DNA from: Candidatus Nanopelagicales bacterium
GTDB lineage: Bacteria; Actinomycetota; Actinomycetes; S36-B12
Reading direction: 5' to 3'
Assembly (NCBI GenBank): GCA_030827125.1
Contig: JAURFD010000005.1
Location: 53,046-117,045, forward strand
DNA: 64,000 bases
Under the pieces are notes generated by a model. That model had not been told where the DNA came from. It ran no database searches and was given only the letters and a program-made list of their open reading frames with translations. Positions within the stretch are counted from its first letter, which is position 1; each line of letters starts with the position of its first letter. A program made the position numbers and the translations under genes. Shown here piece by piece: positions 48,806-56,658 of this stretch.

Positions 48806-50634
48806 GGCCTTGGCCGCCAGGGCTGCGTAACGAGGAGTTCGAGATACCGGTCCGGGGAGACGGCGGGCGAGAAGAAGAAGCCCTGCACCTCGCAATCGCC
48901 GGCCTCGCGGACCACCAGCAGTTGGCTCTCGGACTCCACGCCCTCCACGACTACGGTGGCCCCCACGGCCTCGGCGAGCCGGACCATCGCGGTGAGAATT
49001 TCCGTGCTCTGCTGATCGCCCGGTACCGCACTCACGAAGGATCGGTCCAACTTCAAGACGTCAATGGGGAGAGATCGAAGACGTCCAAGGGATGAGTGCC
49101 CGGTGCCAAAGTCATCCAGGGCGACCACGAACCCGCGTTCTTTGAATCGATTGAGCACCGAGGAGCTGTAGTCGAGGTCCTCCATGATGACGGACTCCTG
49201 AATCTCCACCTCGACCAGATACGTGGGTACACCAGCATCGTGGGCCATCCGCTCCATACGGTCGACGACAGAGGGGAGAGCGAATTCGTGATTGGAGAGG
49301 TTGATAGAGATTGGTCGAGCCACGGCGTCGGTTGCGCACACGGTCTGCATTCTCAAGACATGCTCGAACATTGCCTCACCGATGGCGATGATGAGTGACG
49401 ATTGCTCCGCAATCGGGAGGAAGGCGGCGGGGAGGAGGAGCCCGCGCTCGGAGTTCTCCCAGCGGGCGAGGGCTTCACCCGCGACGATGTCACCGGTCGC
49501 GATGTCGACCCGCGGTTGGAAGTAGGCGACGAACTCGCCCCGTTCAAGGCCTTGTCTGATGCGATCTTCCACGGCGAGGACGCGGGCCCGTTCAGCACCC
49601 ATGTCGGACCGGTAGGCGGAGACCCTGCTCCCGATCCGGCGCCGGGTGTGCTCCAGTGCGATCACGGCACGGTCGAGTCCGGCCTCCATCGCGTCGTCAT
49701 CCTCGAGTGTCGCGGCAATTCGGGAGTACCCAACGCACACTTCGAGGGGGATGGAGAATCCCTCGACTGTGATGGGCTCTTCGGCGAGCGCGCGCACATT
49801 TTCGACGATGCCGCTGAGATCATCGTCGTCGAAGCTCCCCTGGATCACAACGGCGAATTCGTCTGGTCCGATGCGACCGACAGTCCAACGATCGACGACC
49901 GGGAGCGATGTACCCGCGCTCGGTGCGGCGTTGACGAGACGCTCGGCCATGATGCGTAGGACGTCGTCACCCACCGACCGACCCAGTGAGTCGTTGATGC
50001 GTCGAAACCGTTGCAGGTCGATTGCGATCACGGCAGAATCCTGGTGCTCGTGTTGGTGGAAGGTATCGACCAGCGCGGCCCGGTTGGCAAGTCCCGTCAG
50101 CAAATCCTGAAACGCTGTGAGGCGCAGGGCTTCAGTCGCCAAGCGTTCCTCCGTCAGGTCGTGCAGCACCAGGATGTACCGGGGGTCGCTGGAGACCTCG
50201 ACGTCGTGAAGTTGGCCGACCGCGATGCGCACCGGGAGGGTGCCCCCATCATCTGTGGCAACGCTGCCCTCGTGGAGTGCCTTGCGCCCTAGTGCGGTGA
50301 TGAGATCCGCTGCGGTGCGGTGCGCCACGCCATCAAGTTCGAGGATCGTGGCGGCGGACATCCCGACGAGGTCGCCTATCGGGGTGTCCAGCAGCGCGGA
50401 GGCCGCGGGGTTCGCTGACTCGATCGATCCGGTCGAGTCCAATACCAAGATGCCCTCCTGGGCAGCCTCGAGCACGGCCGTGACATAGCGCTCTCGAGCC
50501 GCAAGCGAGGCAGCCAACGCGGCGAGCCGTTCGTTGGCTGCGTACAGATCCGCCGACTTGGACTCCAGGAGTCGCTCGGCCTCCGTGCGAGCCCGGCGCT
50601 CTCGCTCGAGGGCCCTGGCCAATGCATCATTCAT
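48802..50634 (-). CDS. Coiled-coil-PAS-GGDEF(degenerate)-EAL protein, probable c-di-GMP phosphodiesterase
   Basis: The GGDEF position reads GPDEF with no RxxD. The EAL domain keeps EAL, INLS, EIQES, DDFGTG, KLD, EGVE and QG. ATG 50634 chosen (13 nt after the H-NOX stop); the longer start at 50742 would overlap the H-NOX gene. Confidence 0.85.
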   Translation of the reverse strand: MNDALARALERERRARTEAERLLESKSADLYAANERLAALAASLAARERYVTAVLEAAQEGILVLDSTGSIESANPAASALLDTPIGDLVGMSAATILELDGVAHRTAADLITALGRKALHEGSVATDDGGTLPVRIAVGQLHDVEVSSDPRYILVLHDLTEERLATEALRLTAFQDLLTGLANRAALVDTFHQHEHQDSAVIAIDLQRFRRINDSLGRSVGDDVLRIMAERLVNAAPSAGTSLPVVDRWTVGRIGPDEFAVVIQGSFDDDDLSGIVENVRALAEEPITVEGFSIPLEVCVGYSRIAATLEDDDAMEAGLDRAVIALEHTRRRIGSRVSAYRSDMGAERARVLAVEDRIRQGLERGEFVAYFQPRVDIATGDIVAGEALARWENSERGLLLPAAFLPIAEQSSLIIAIGEAMFEHVLRMQTVCATDAVARPISINLSNHEFALPSVVDRMERMAHDAGVPTYLVEVEIQESVIMEDLDYSSSVLNRFKERGFVVALDDFGTGHSSLGRLRSLPIDVLKLDRSFVSAVPGDQQSTEILTAMVRLAEAVGATVVVEGVESESQLLVVREAGDCEVQGFFFSPAVSPDRYLELLVTQPWRPRP

Positions 50635-50647
50635 CGGCGAGTGCTGC

Positions 50648-51220
50648 TCAGGTTGGCTGTCGGTCACGCGTTCCCCCTCCGATGGCGAAGTGGGCGACCG
50701 TCTGCCCCTCTTCACGATCCTCCCCCAAGAGTTCCACGGCATCCGACAGGCCGTACGACGCCACCGCGCCCTCCAAGAGGCCGTGGCACAGGGGTGTGAG
50801 GTGACGGTGGGATCGATAGGTCACCTCAATGCCGCCGTCCACGCCGACCATCGCGCGCACCTCGGGTGGCTGAGAATCGGAGTACAGCTTCCGCACGTCG
50901 CGGTGGATCACGTTCTCAATGCCCAAGAGCAATTGCGGCAATTCAGTCATGCCGGCCACCATCGCGGGGTGAAGTCCGGCCAGGGCCCGATAGGCGTCTC
51001 GCCCGAATTCCCTCATGATCTCGGCTCGCGTGCGCCCCTCCCGCCGTGCGAGCGCGTCCACGAGGGCGACGAATTCCGCGGTCGGATAGTCCCCGACGAC
51101 GGTGTAGGCACCGCCGGTCGACAACTCATCACGGGTGTCGCCGATGATCTCGTCCACGGCCATCAACCCGCGGGTCTGTTCTACCCAGCCGGTGAAACTA
51201 CCCACGATGACGCCCTTCAT
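50648..51220 (-). CDS. H-NOX (heme nitric oxide/oxygen-binding, HNOB) domain protein
   Basis: 190 aa. Has the MKGVIVG N-terminus, His106 in NVIHRDVRKLY, Pro118/119 and the Y135-x-S137-x-R139 triad (TYRSHR). Spacing matches the Tt H-NOX landmarks H102, P115 and Y131/S133/R135. Confidence 0.8.
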   Translation of the reverse strand: MKGVIVGSFTGWVEQTRGLMAVDEIIGDTRDELSTGGAYTVVGDYPTAEFVALVDALARREGRTRAEIMREFGRDAYRALAGLHPAMVAGMTELPQLLLGIENVIHRDVRKLYSDSQPPEVRAMVGVDGGIEVTYRSHRHLTPLCHGLLEGAVASYGLSDAVELLGEDREEGQTVAHFAIGGGTRDRQPT

Positions 51221-51278
51221 GGCGTCAGCGTAGGGGTATTGAGCGGCAGATTCTGCTGAGCGGCCCCATCGGCATGGG

Positions 51279-52238
51279 ATGCTGGAAGTTGTGTCTGCCG
51301 GTCATGCCCATGCCCGGGAGCTGACGCGCTGGGTGTGGCTCTCGATCGCCGTGGCTCTGGCGACCATGGGCATGAAGTTCGGCGCCTACCTGATCACGGG
51401 CTCGGTCGGGCTCCTGTCTGACGCCTTGGAGTCCATCGTCAACCTGGTAGCGGCGTTTATCGCGCTCGCGGCGCTGACGGCGGCGACCAAGCCCGCTGAT
51501 GCAAACCATCCCTACGGCCACGGGAAGGCCGAGTACCTCTCGGCAGGTGCGGAGGGTCTCATGATTCTCGTCGCGGCCGGAGCCATCGTCTACGCGTCGG
51601 TTGAGCGCCTCATCAATCCCGCTCCGCTCGAGGACATCGGCATCGGTCTCGCCATCACCATCCTCGCCGCCATCATCAACGGTGCTGTCGGGATTGCGCT
51701 CGTGCGCGTCGGGCGACGCGCACGGTCGATCACCCTTGTGGCGGATGGTCGACACTTGCTCACCGACCTCTACACCTCGATCGGCGTCGTCGTCGGGGTT
51801 GCCCTGGTCGGGCTGACTGGATGGCTTCCTCTGGACTCCATCGTGGCCCTGCTCGTGGCGATGAACATCGCCTGGACCGGGGGAGTGCTCGTGCGTCGTG
51901 CCGGGCGCGGACTTCTCGACCATGCGCTCGATGACGAACTCACCCAATCGATCATCGATGTCCTCGAAGGCATCGCCGAGGAGTATCCACCGGGAGAGGT
52001 GGAGTTCCACGGGCTGCAGTCCCGCGAGTCGGGACGTGACCGCTTCGTAGCCCTCCACGTCCTGGTCCCGGGGGCGTGGTCGATGCGCGCCGCTCACGAT
52101 CTGTCCGAAGATGTCGAGGAGCGGATTGCGCGCGCCGTGCCCCATGCCAGCGTCCATGTGCACCTCGAAGCCATCGAGGATCCGCGCGCCTATGAGGACT
52201 TCACCCAGGGGCCGACCATTCGCCGTGACCCCGAATGA
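51279..52238 (+). CDS. Cation diffusion facilitator (CDF) family metal efflux transporter
   Basis: Six TM helices with the CDF signature (GSVGLLSDALESIVNL, HLLTDLYTS) and a C-terminal cytoplasmic domain. Confidence 0.88.
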   Translation: MLEVVSAGHAHARELTRWVWLSIAVALATMGMKFGAYLITGSVGLLSDALESIVNLVAAFIALAALTAATKPADANHPYGHGKAEYLSAGAEGLMILVAAGAIVYASVERLINPAPLEDIGIGLAITILAAIINGAVGIALVRVGRRARSITLVADGRHLLTDLYTSIGVVVGVALVGLTGWLPLDSIVALLVAMNIAWTGGVLVRRAGRGLLDHALDDELTQSIIDVLEGIAEEYPPGEVEFHGLQSRESGRDRFVALHVLVPGAWSMRAAHDLSEDVEERIARAVPHASVHVHLEAIEDPRAYEDFTQGPTIRRDPE

Positions 52239-52264
52239 ACGCTATACCCCTAGGGGTATAGCGT
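52239..52264. promoter_or_regulatory. 26-bp perfect palindrome ACGCTATACCCCTAGGGGTATAGCGT (CsoR/RcnR-type operator-like, or a terminator hairpin)
   Basis: Self-complementary over all 26 nt. Starts 1 nt after the CDF stop and ends 60 nt before the peroxiredoxin ATG. The core is ATACCCC-TA-GGGGTAT. Confidence 0.4.
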
Positions 52265-52324
52265 CGATATCACCCGCGCGGATCATGGACGTATCAGCGC
52301 ACGACGCCTCGACGAAGGAGCGAC

Positions 52325-52957
52325 ATGGCACTGCATCTTGGCGATGAGGCCCCGAACTTCACGGCGAAGACCACCGACGGCACCATCGACTTCCACGATT
52401 GGAAGTCGGGTTCGTGGGCGGTCTTCTTCAGTCACCCGGCCGATTACACGCCGGTGTGCACAACCGAGTTGGGCAGGACTGCGGCACTTCAGAAGCAGTT
52501 CGAGGCGCGCGGCGTAAAGACGATTGCCATCTCGGTTGACCCCATCGAAGATCATCGCGGGTGGGCGCCCGATATCGGCGATGTCGGTGGCACCGATCTC
52601 AACTTCCCGATCATTGCCGATCCTGACAAGCGGATCTCGGAGATGTACGACATGATCCATCCCGGCGCGGGTGACACCTCATCGGTGCGGTCGGTCTTCA
52701 TCATCGATGGGCGCAACAAGATCCGGTTGACGCTGACCTACCCCAAGTCCGTCGGCCGCAATTTCGATGAGATTCTCCGGGTGATCGACGCTCTGCAACT
52801 CACCGACAAGGCGCCCATTGCAACCCCAGCGGACTGGAAACCAGGCGACCGCGTCATCGTCTCCACCATGGTGTCGACCGACGACGCAAAGGAGCGTTTC
52901 GGCGAGGTCGAAGAAGTGAAGCCCTACCTCCGGTGGACGCCTCACCCCAAGGTTTGA
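52325..52957 (+). CDS. 1-Cys peroxiredoxin (Prx6-type)
   Basis: Peroxidatic Cys motif PADYTPVCTTE, 210 aa. SD GAAGGAG lies upstream. Confidence 0.9.
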   Translation: MALHLGDEAPNFTAKTTDGTIDFHDWKSGSWAVFFSHPADYTPVCTTELGRTAALQKQFEARGVKTIAISVDPIEDHRGWAPDIGDVGGTDLNFPIIADPDKRISEMYDMIHPGAGDTSSVRSVFIIDGRNKIRLTLTYPKSVGRNFDEILRVIDALQLTDKAPIATPADWKPGDRVIVSTMVSTDDAKERFGEVEEVKPYLRWTPHPKV

Positions 52958-52975
52958 GGGTCCGAGGCCAGGGAT

Positions 52976-53638
52976 ATGTCCGACGACGCCGTCTCGGGGC
53001 TGGAATGGCCGGAGCGCCCGTGGGTGCGGGCGGTCATGGTGGTCAACCTCACCGGAGCCATCACCGGCCCTGACGGCCGATCGGGGACCATCTCCGGCCC
53101 CGCAGACCGCGAGGTGCTGCTCGGAGTCCGGCGCTTCAGCGACGCCATTGTCATTGGTGCGCAGACCATGCGCGACGAGGTGTACGCACCTCTTCGCATG
53201 TCGGCGGAGCGGCAGGAGGCTCGTCGTTCGCGGGGTCTCGCACCGGCACCGAGGTTGGTCATCGTCACCGCGGGATTGGACCTTCCGTGGGACGCTCCCG
53301 CTTTTCACGAGTCGGCGCTGGCGCCACTAATCGTGACGGCGAGTTCGGCGACACCGGAGCGTCGTGCTGCCGTTCCACCCACCTGCGAACTCCTCGTCGC
53401 CCCCGGTGATCGGGTCGAGGTGCCCTGGCTCATCGATAGCCTCCACGACCGCGGACTGATCCGCATTGCGTGTGAGGGTGGTGCAGCGCTGCTGGGTGAG
53501 TTCGCGGGTGCACGCTCTATCGATGAGTGGGTCGTCACCCTCTCGGGGGTCGTGGGGGAGGACCGTTTCGTCCCGCGATCGGTGCGCAGCGAGGACGAGT
53601 TCGTTTTTACGCGTTTCACGCGCCGCGACGCTCTGTGA
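52976..53638 (+). CDS. RibD C-terminal domain / dihydrofolate reductase-like family protein
   Basis: 220 aa. By-eye similarity to the pyrimidine reductase (RibD_C) fold (NLTGAITGPDGRSGTISGPADR..., IACEGGAALLGEF). Confidence 0.65.
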   Translation: MSDDAVSGLEWPERPWVRAVMVVNLTGAITGPDGRSGTISGPADREVLLGVRRFSDAIVIGAQTMRDEVYAPLRMSAERQEARRSRGLAPAPRLVIVTAGLDLPWDAPAFHESALAPLIVTASSATPERRAAVPPTCELLVAPGDRVEVPWLIDSLHDRGLIRIACEGGAALLGEFAGARSIDEWVVTLSGVVGEDRFVPRSVRSEDEFVFTRFTRRDAL

Positions 53639-53662
53639 ACGTCGAAGAGGAGTGGGCCTTAA

Positions 53663-54121
53663 CTACCGACGTAGCGCCTTGAGTGTCCAGCGCGCCCGAA
53701 GGCGGCTGGTGGATTGGCCCTCGGCGTCGGTGATCTCGCACAGGATGTCGAATTCCGGTCGTTCACCGGATTCGAACTGAGCGCGAGCCGCGTCGATGTC
53801 TGCGTCAATCCACGCGGTGGCCGTGAGATCTCCCTTGGCAATAGCGAGGTAGTCCATGGTCACTGTGGTCGGCAGCAGAACCGCGCGATCCATGAGATCC
53901 CCAAACGCGGCGATTGCGGCGGCGCCCGTTGCGCTCTCGGCGGCGGCAAACATGGCGGCGGCGTGCGGGCCGCCCACGTGATTGCGGTACTCCGGCCGGT
54001 CCTTCAGGACGACGACCGCGCGACTGGGTGAGACCTCGGGGTACTCCAGGCCGAGCGTCGCGACCATGGGGACCACGGACTGCATCAGGGGACCAACTTG
54101 CTCTCCGGGGATACCGCTCAT
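53663..54121 (-). CDS. Hotdog-fold thioesterase-like protein (PaaI/DUF4442-like)
   Basis: 152 aa from the ATG at 54121. GGPHAAAMFAAAESATGAA resembles the PaaI-type substrate-binding segment. Confidence 0.55.
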   Translation of the reverse strand: MSGIPGEQVGPLMQSVVPMVATLGLEYPEVSPSRAVVVLKDRPEYRNHVGGPHAAAMFAAAESATGAAAIAAFGDLMDRAVLLPTTVTMDYLAIAKGDLTATAWIDADIDAARAQFESGERPEFDILCEITDAEGQSTSRLRARWTLKALRR

Positions 54122-54596
54122 AGCGGTGACACTACCCACAGCGGCTCTGCCGGGGGCGCAACCTACGGCCGCATCGTCAGTCGCAAGCAGCGCGCAGGGC
54201 CCGATCACGATCAGTGATGAGATCCTCGGGCGCTTCGAGGCCCATACCTATAGCCATGTCCACTTTTGGTCCCGATAGGACACGCCGAGGGGCGGGAGGA
54301 TGAACTTTCTCCCAATCCGGACGTTAGCTCTCCTCCGCTAAAAGTCTTGCCGTGTCCAGCGGTCGAGGCATGGCGGTAGGGAATCAGCCCAAGTTGAGAT
54401 ATGCCACCAACTCGGTGTTGTGGTGTCGGCCCCGGTGAGGTCCACCCCCTGGACGCATCGGTGTTGATATCCCACGCGCACGCGTCGGTGAATGTAGTAG
54501 GTCCGCCAAGCTCGGTAGAGTCGACGTTGATGTTTGCGATGAAGGAGCCGGGTGCTCAATGGGGCTCGCGTCCTCGGGGAGTGGCGCGGTGGTGGA

Positions 54597-54704
54597 TCAG
54601 TCGATCGGCACGGCGTGGACGTCGAGGCTGGTGAGCTCCTTGCTGCCCGCGTGGACTGCGAGAGAGGTCAGAGATAGGCGGTCATCACGAGAAGCGTCGC
54701 TCAT
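54597..54704 (-). CDS. Candidate 35-aa small ORF translationally coupled to the AI-2E transporter
   Basis: Its ATG forms an ATGA overlap with the transporter stop (54701-54704). Sequence MSDASRDDRLSLTSLAVHAGSKELTSLDVHAVPID. GC3 is about 77% by my count. Too short for the ORF track and I recognise no homology. Confidence 0.25.
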   Translation of the reverse strand: MSDASRDDRLSLTSLAVHAGSKELTSLDVHAVPID

Positions 54705-55825
54705 GGGCGCTCAACCTCGTGGGCAGTCTCTTCTGACTCTGCGGTTTGGCGGTCTTCTACGAGGTCGTGCCGACGTACGTAGGTCTGCACCAGCGACAGC
54801 AGCATCGCGCTGACCGGGATGGCGAGAAGTGCCCCCGCGACGCCGAAGAGGGAGGCGCCGAGGAGCACTGAAACGAAGCCGTAGGCAGGGTGAACATCGA
54901 CCGCCTTGGCACTGATGCGCGGCTCGATCGTGAGGTTCTCGATCTGCTGGTAGATCAGGGCGTAGACGAGAACAATGACGCCGAGCCACGGATTGCCGCT
55001 CAACAGTCCGACGAGGACGGGCAGGATGATCGAGATGTAGGTGCCGATGGTGGGCACGAACTGAGCCACCAGGCCGGTCCAGATGGCGAGGGGAAGCCAG
55101 TAGGGCAGGCCGATAAGGAAGAAGACGATGCCGCTGGCCGCAGAGTTGATGGTGGCGAGGATGGCCCGCGCAGCCACGTATCGTCCCGTCTTCTCGGCGG
55201 TCACCGTCCACACGGTCGTGAACACCTCCTGACTGCGCTCGGGCAACATGGCCGCGATGAAGCGCCGCAGCCGTAGCCCGTCAGTGGACAGGTAGAAGGC
55301 GATGAGGCCGAAGGTGAACAGCCCGAAGAGGCTGCCGAGGAGCGACGCGGCAAATCCGAAGATCCCGAGCGCCACGTCGCTGGCGATCTGCTGAAGAGCC
55401 GCTTGATCGAGATTGATCTGGTCGAGGATTTCCTGTGCGGAGTACGCCGTCCCGAAGGTCTCGTTGAACCAGATCAGCCCCTGTGCGGCGAGGCCTGGAA
55501 GAGACTCGACGACCTCGATGAGTTGCTCGATGAGCAGTTTGCCGAAGGCGAGGCCAAAAAGGATGAGGAAGACGACAACGCCCCCCATGACGATGAGGGT
55601 GGCGAATCCGCGCGACATGTGCCGGGCAAGTTTGTCCACCGCCGGTGCGATGGCCATGGCGAAGAACCACGCCATCAGAACGGTGAAGATGACCCCACCG
55701 CCGTCCTCCAGCACAAACTTCGCGAAAAGGGCGATGGCGATGAGGGCTATGGCGATGAAGCCAGCGCGCCACAGGAAGCGAAGGGACACCGGATCCCTCG
55801 GTACCTCGGGTGTCGTCTCAGACAT
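54701..55825 (-). CDS. AI-2E family transporter (second paralog)
   Basis: 374 aa with about 8 TM helices. Family-typical C-terminal block (PVLVGLLSGNPWLGVIVLVYALIYQQIENLTIEPRI). Confidence 0.85.
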   Translation of the reverse strand: MSETTPEVPRDPVSLRFLWRAGFIAIALIAIALFAKFVLEDGGGVIFTVLMAWFFAMAIAPAVDKLARHMSRGFATLIVMGGVVVFLILFGLAFGKLLIEQLIEVVESLPGLAAQGLIWFNETFGTAYSAQEILDQINLDQAALQQIASDVALGIFGFAASLLGSLFGLFTFGLIAFYLSTDGLRLRRFIAAMLPERSQEVFTTVWTVTAEKTGRYVAARAILATINSAASGIVFFLIGLPYWLPLAIWTGLVAQFVPTIGTYISIILPVLVGLLSGNPWLGVIVLVYALIYQQIENLTIEPRISAKAVDVHPAYGFVSVLLGASLFGVAGALLAIPVSAMLLSLVQTYVRRHDLVEDRQTAESEETAHEVERP

Positions 55826-55845
55826 GGGCTCACCTTAGCGATAAA

Positions 55846-55861
55846 GTTAGGGTCACCTAAC
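55846..55861. promoter_or_regulatory. Palindrome GTTAGG-GTCA-CCTAAC upstream of the OmpR-type regulator operon
   Basis: Perfect 6-bp arms. The GTCACCT core recurs at 55919-55925. Lies in the 141-bp divergent region. Confidence 0.3.
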
Positions 55862-55966
55862 TACACGGGTGCTATTGCAGAGTGAAAGGGTCAAGGCGCG
55901 AGTTCGTGTCGCAAGTGTGTCACCTGCGTAGTACCGGCCATGCGTTACTAGGAGGAAACCCGCACC

Positions 55967-56656
55967 ATGCTGACTGTGACAAAGTCCGCCTTGGTCGTCG
56001 AAGACGACCCCACCATTCGCATGGTCCTACGCACCAACCTGGAAAACGACGGGTGCCGGGTCATGGAGGCCGAGACGGGTGAGGCCGCCCTCGTCCAACT
56101 CCAGGACGAGATGCCCGACATCGTGCTCGTCGACTTGCGCCTGCCAGGCATTCACGGTCTCGACCTTGTGCGGAGTCTGCGGGCACGCAGCGAGGTACCC
56201 ATCATCATCGTCACAGCCAACACTGACAGCCATGATGTCGTTGCTGGGCTGGAGGCTGGGGCGGATGACTACGTCACCAAGCCATTCGTCACCAAGGAAC
56301 TCATGGCGCGAATTCGACGCCAGTTGCGCCGACCTGTGTCCAGCGCATCGGACGAGGCTGTCCTGCGCTGCGGACCCCTCGAATTGCGCGCCGACACCTG
56401 TGAGGTCTTCCGCGACGGCGTGGCGCTCCCCGTGTCTCGAATTGAGTTCGACGTTCTGCAGGCGCTCATGTCGGCCCAGGGACGTGTGCTCAGCCGTGAC
56501 TACCTTCTGCGTACGGTGTGGGGATACTCGAACGCCGGAGACGGACGCGTCGTCGACAATCTGATCTACCGCCTCCGGGGCAAGATCGAGTCCGATCCGT
56601 CACGCCCCGATCTGCTGCTCACGATTCGCGGCTTCGGCTATCGCATGAAGGCCTAA
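55967..56656 (+). CDS. OmpR/PhoB-family response regulator
   Basis: REC domain (VVEDDP, LVDLRLPG, KPF) plus a winged-helix output domain. SD AGGAGGA lies upstream. Confidence 0.92.
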   Translation: MLTVTKSALVVEDDPTIRMVLRTNLENDGCRVMEAETGEAALVQLQDEMPDIVLVDLRLPGIHGLDLVRSLRARSEVPIIIVTANTDSHDVVAGLEAGADDYVTKPFVTKELMARIRRQLRRPVSSASDEAVLRCGPLELRADTCEVFRDGVALPVSRIEFDVLQALMSAQGRVLSRDYLLRTVWGYSNAGDGRVVDNLIYRLRGKIESDPSRPDLLLTIRGFGYRMKA

Positions 56657-56658
56657 CC

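Noticed and set aside
50635-50742. Longer start (50742) for the PAS-GGDEF-EAL protein
   Set aside because: It would overlap the H-NOX gene 3' end by 95 nt. The ATG at 50634 begins directly at the coiled-coil segment. The choice remains uncertain and does not affect the operon interpretation.
54338-54634. 73-aa (minus) and 77-aa (plus) ORFs inside the low-GC intergenic island
   Set aside because: Poor codon bias, Arg/His/Trp-rich improbable sequences, no SD and no motif. The region is treated as non-coding.
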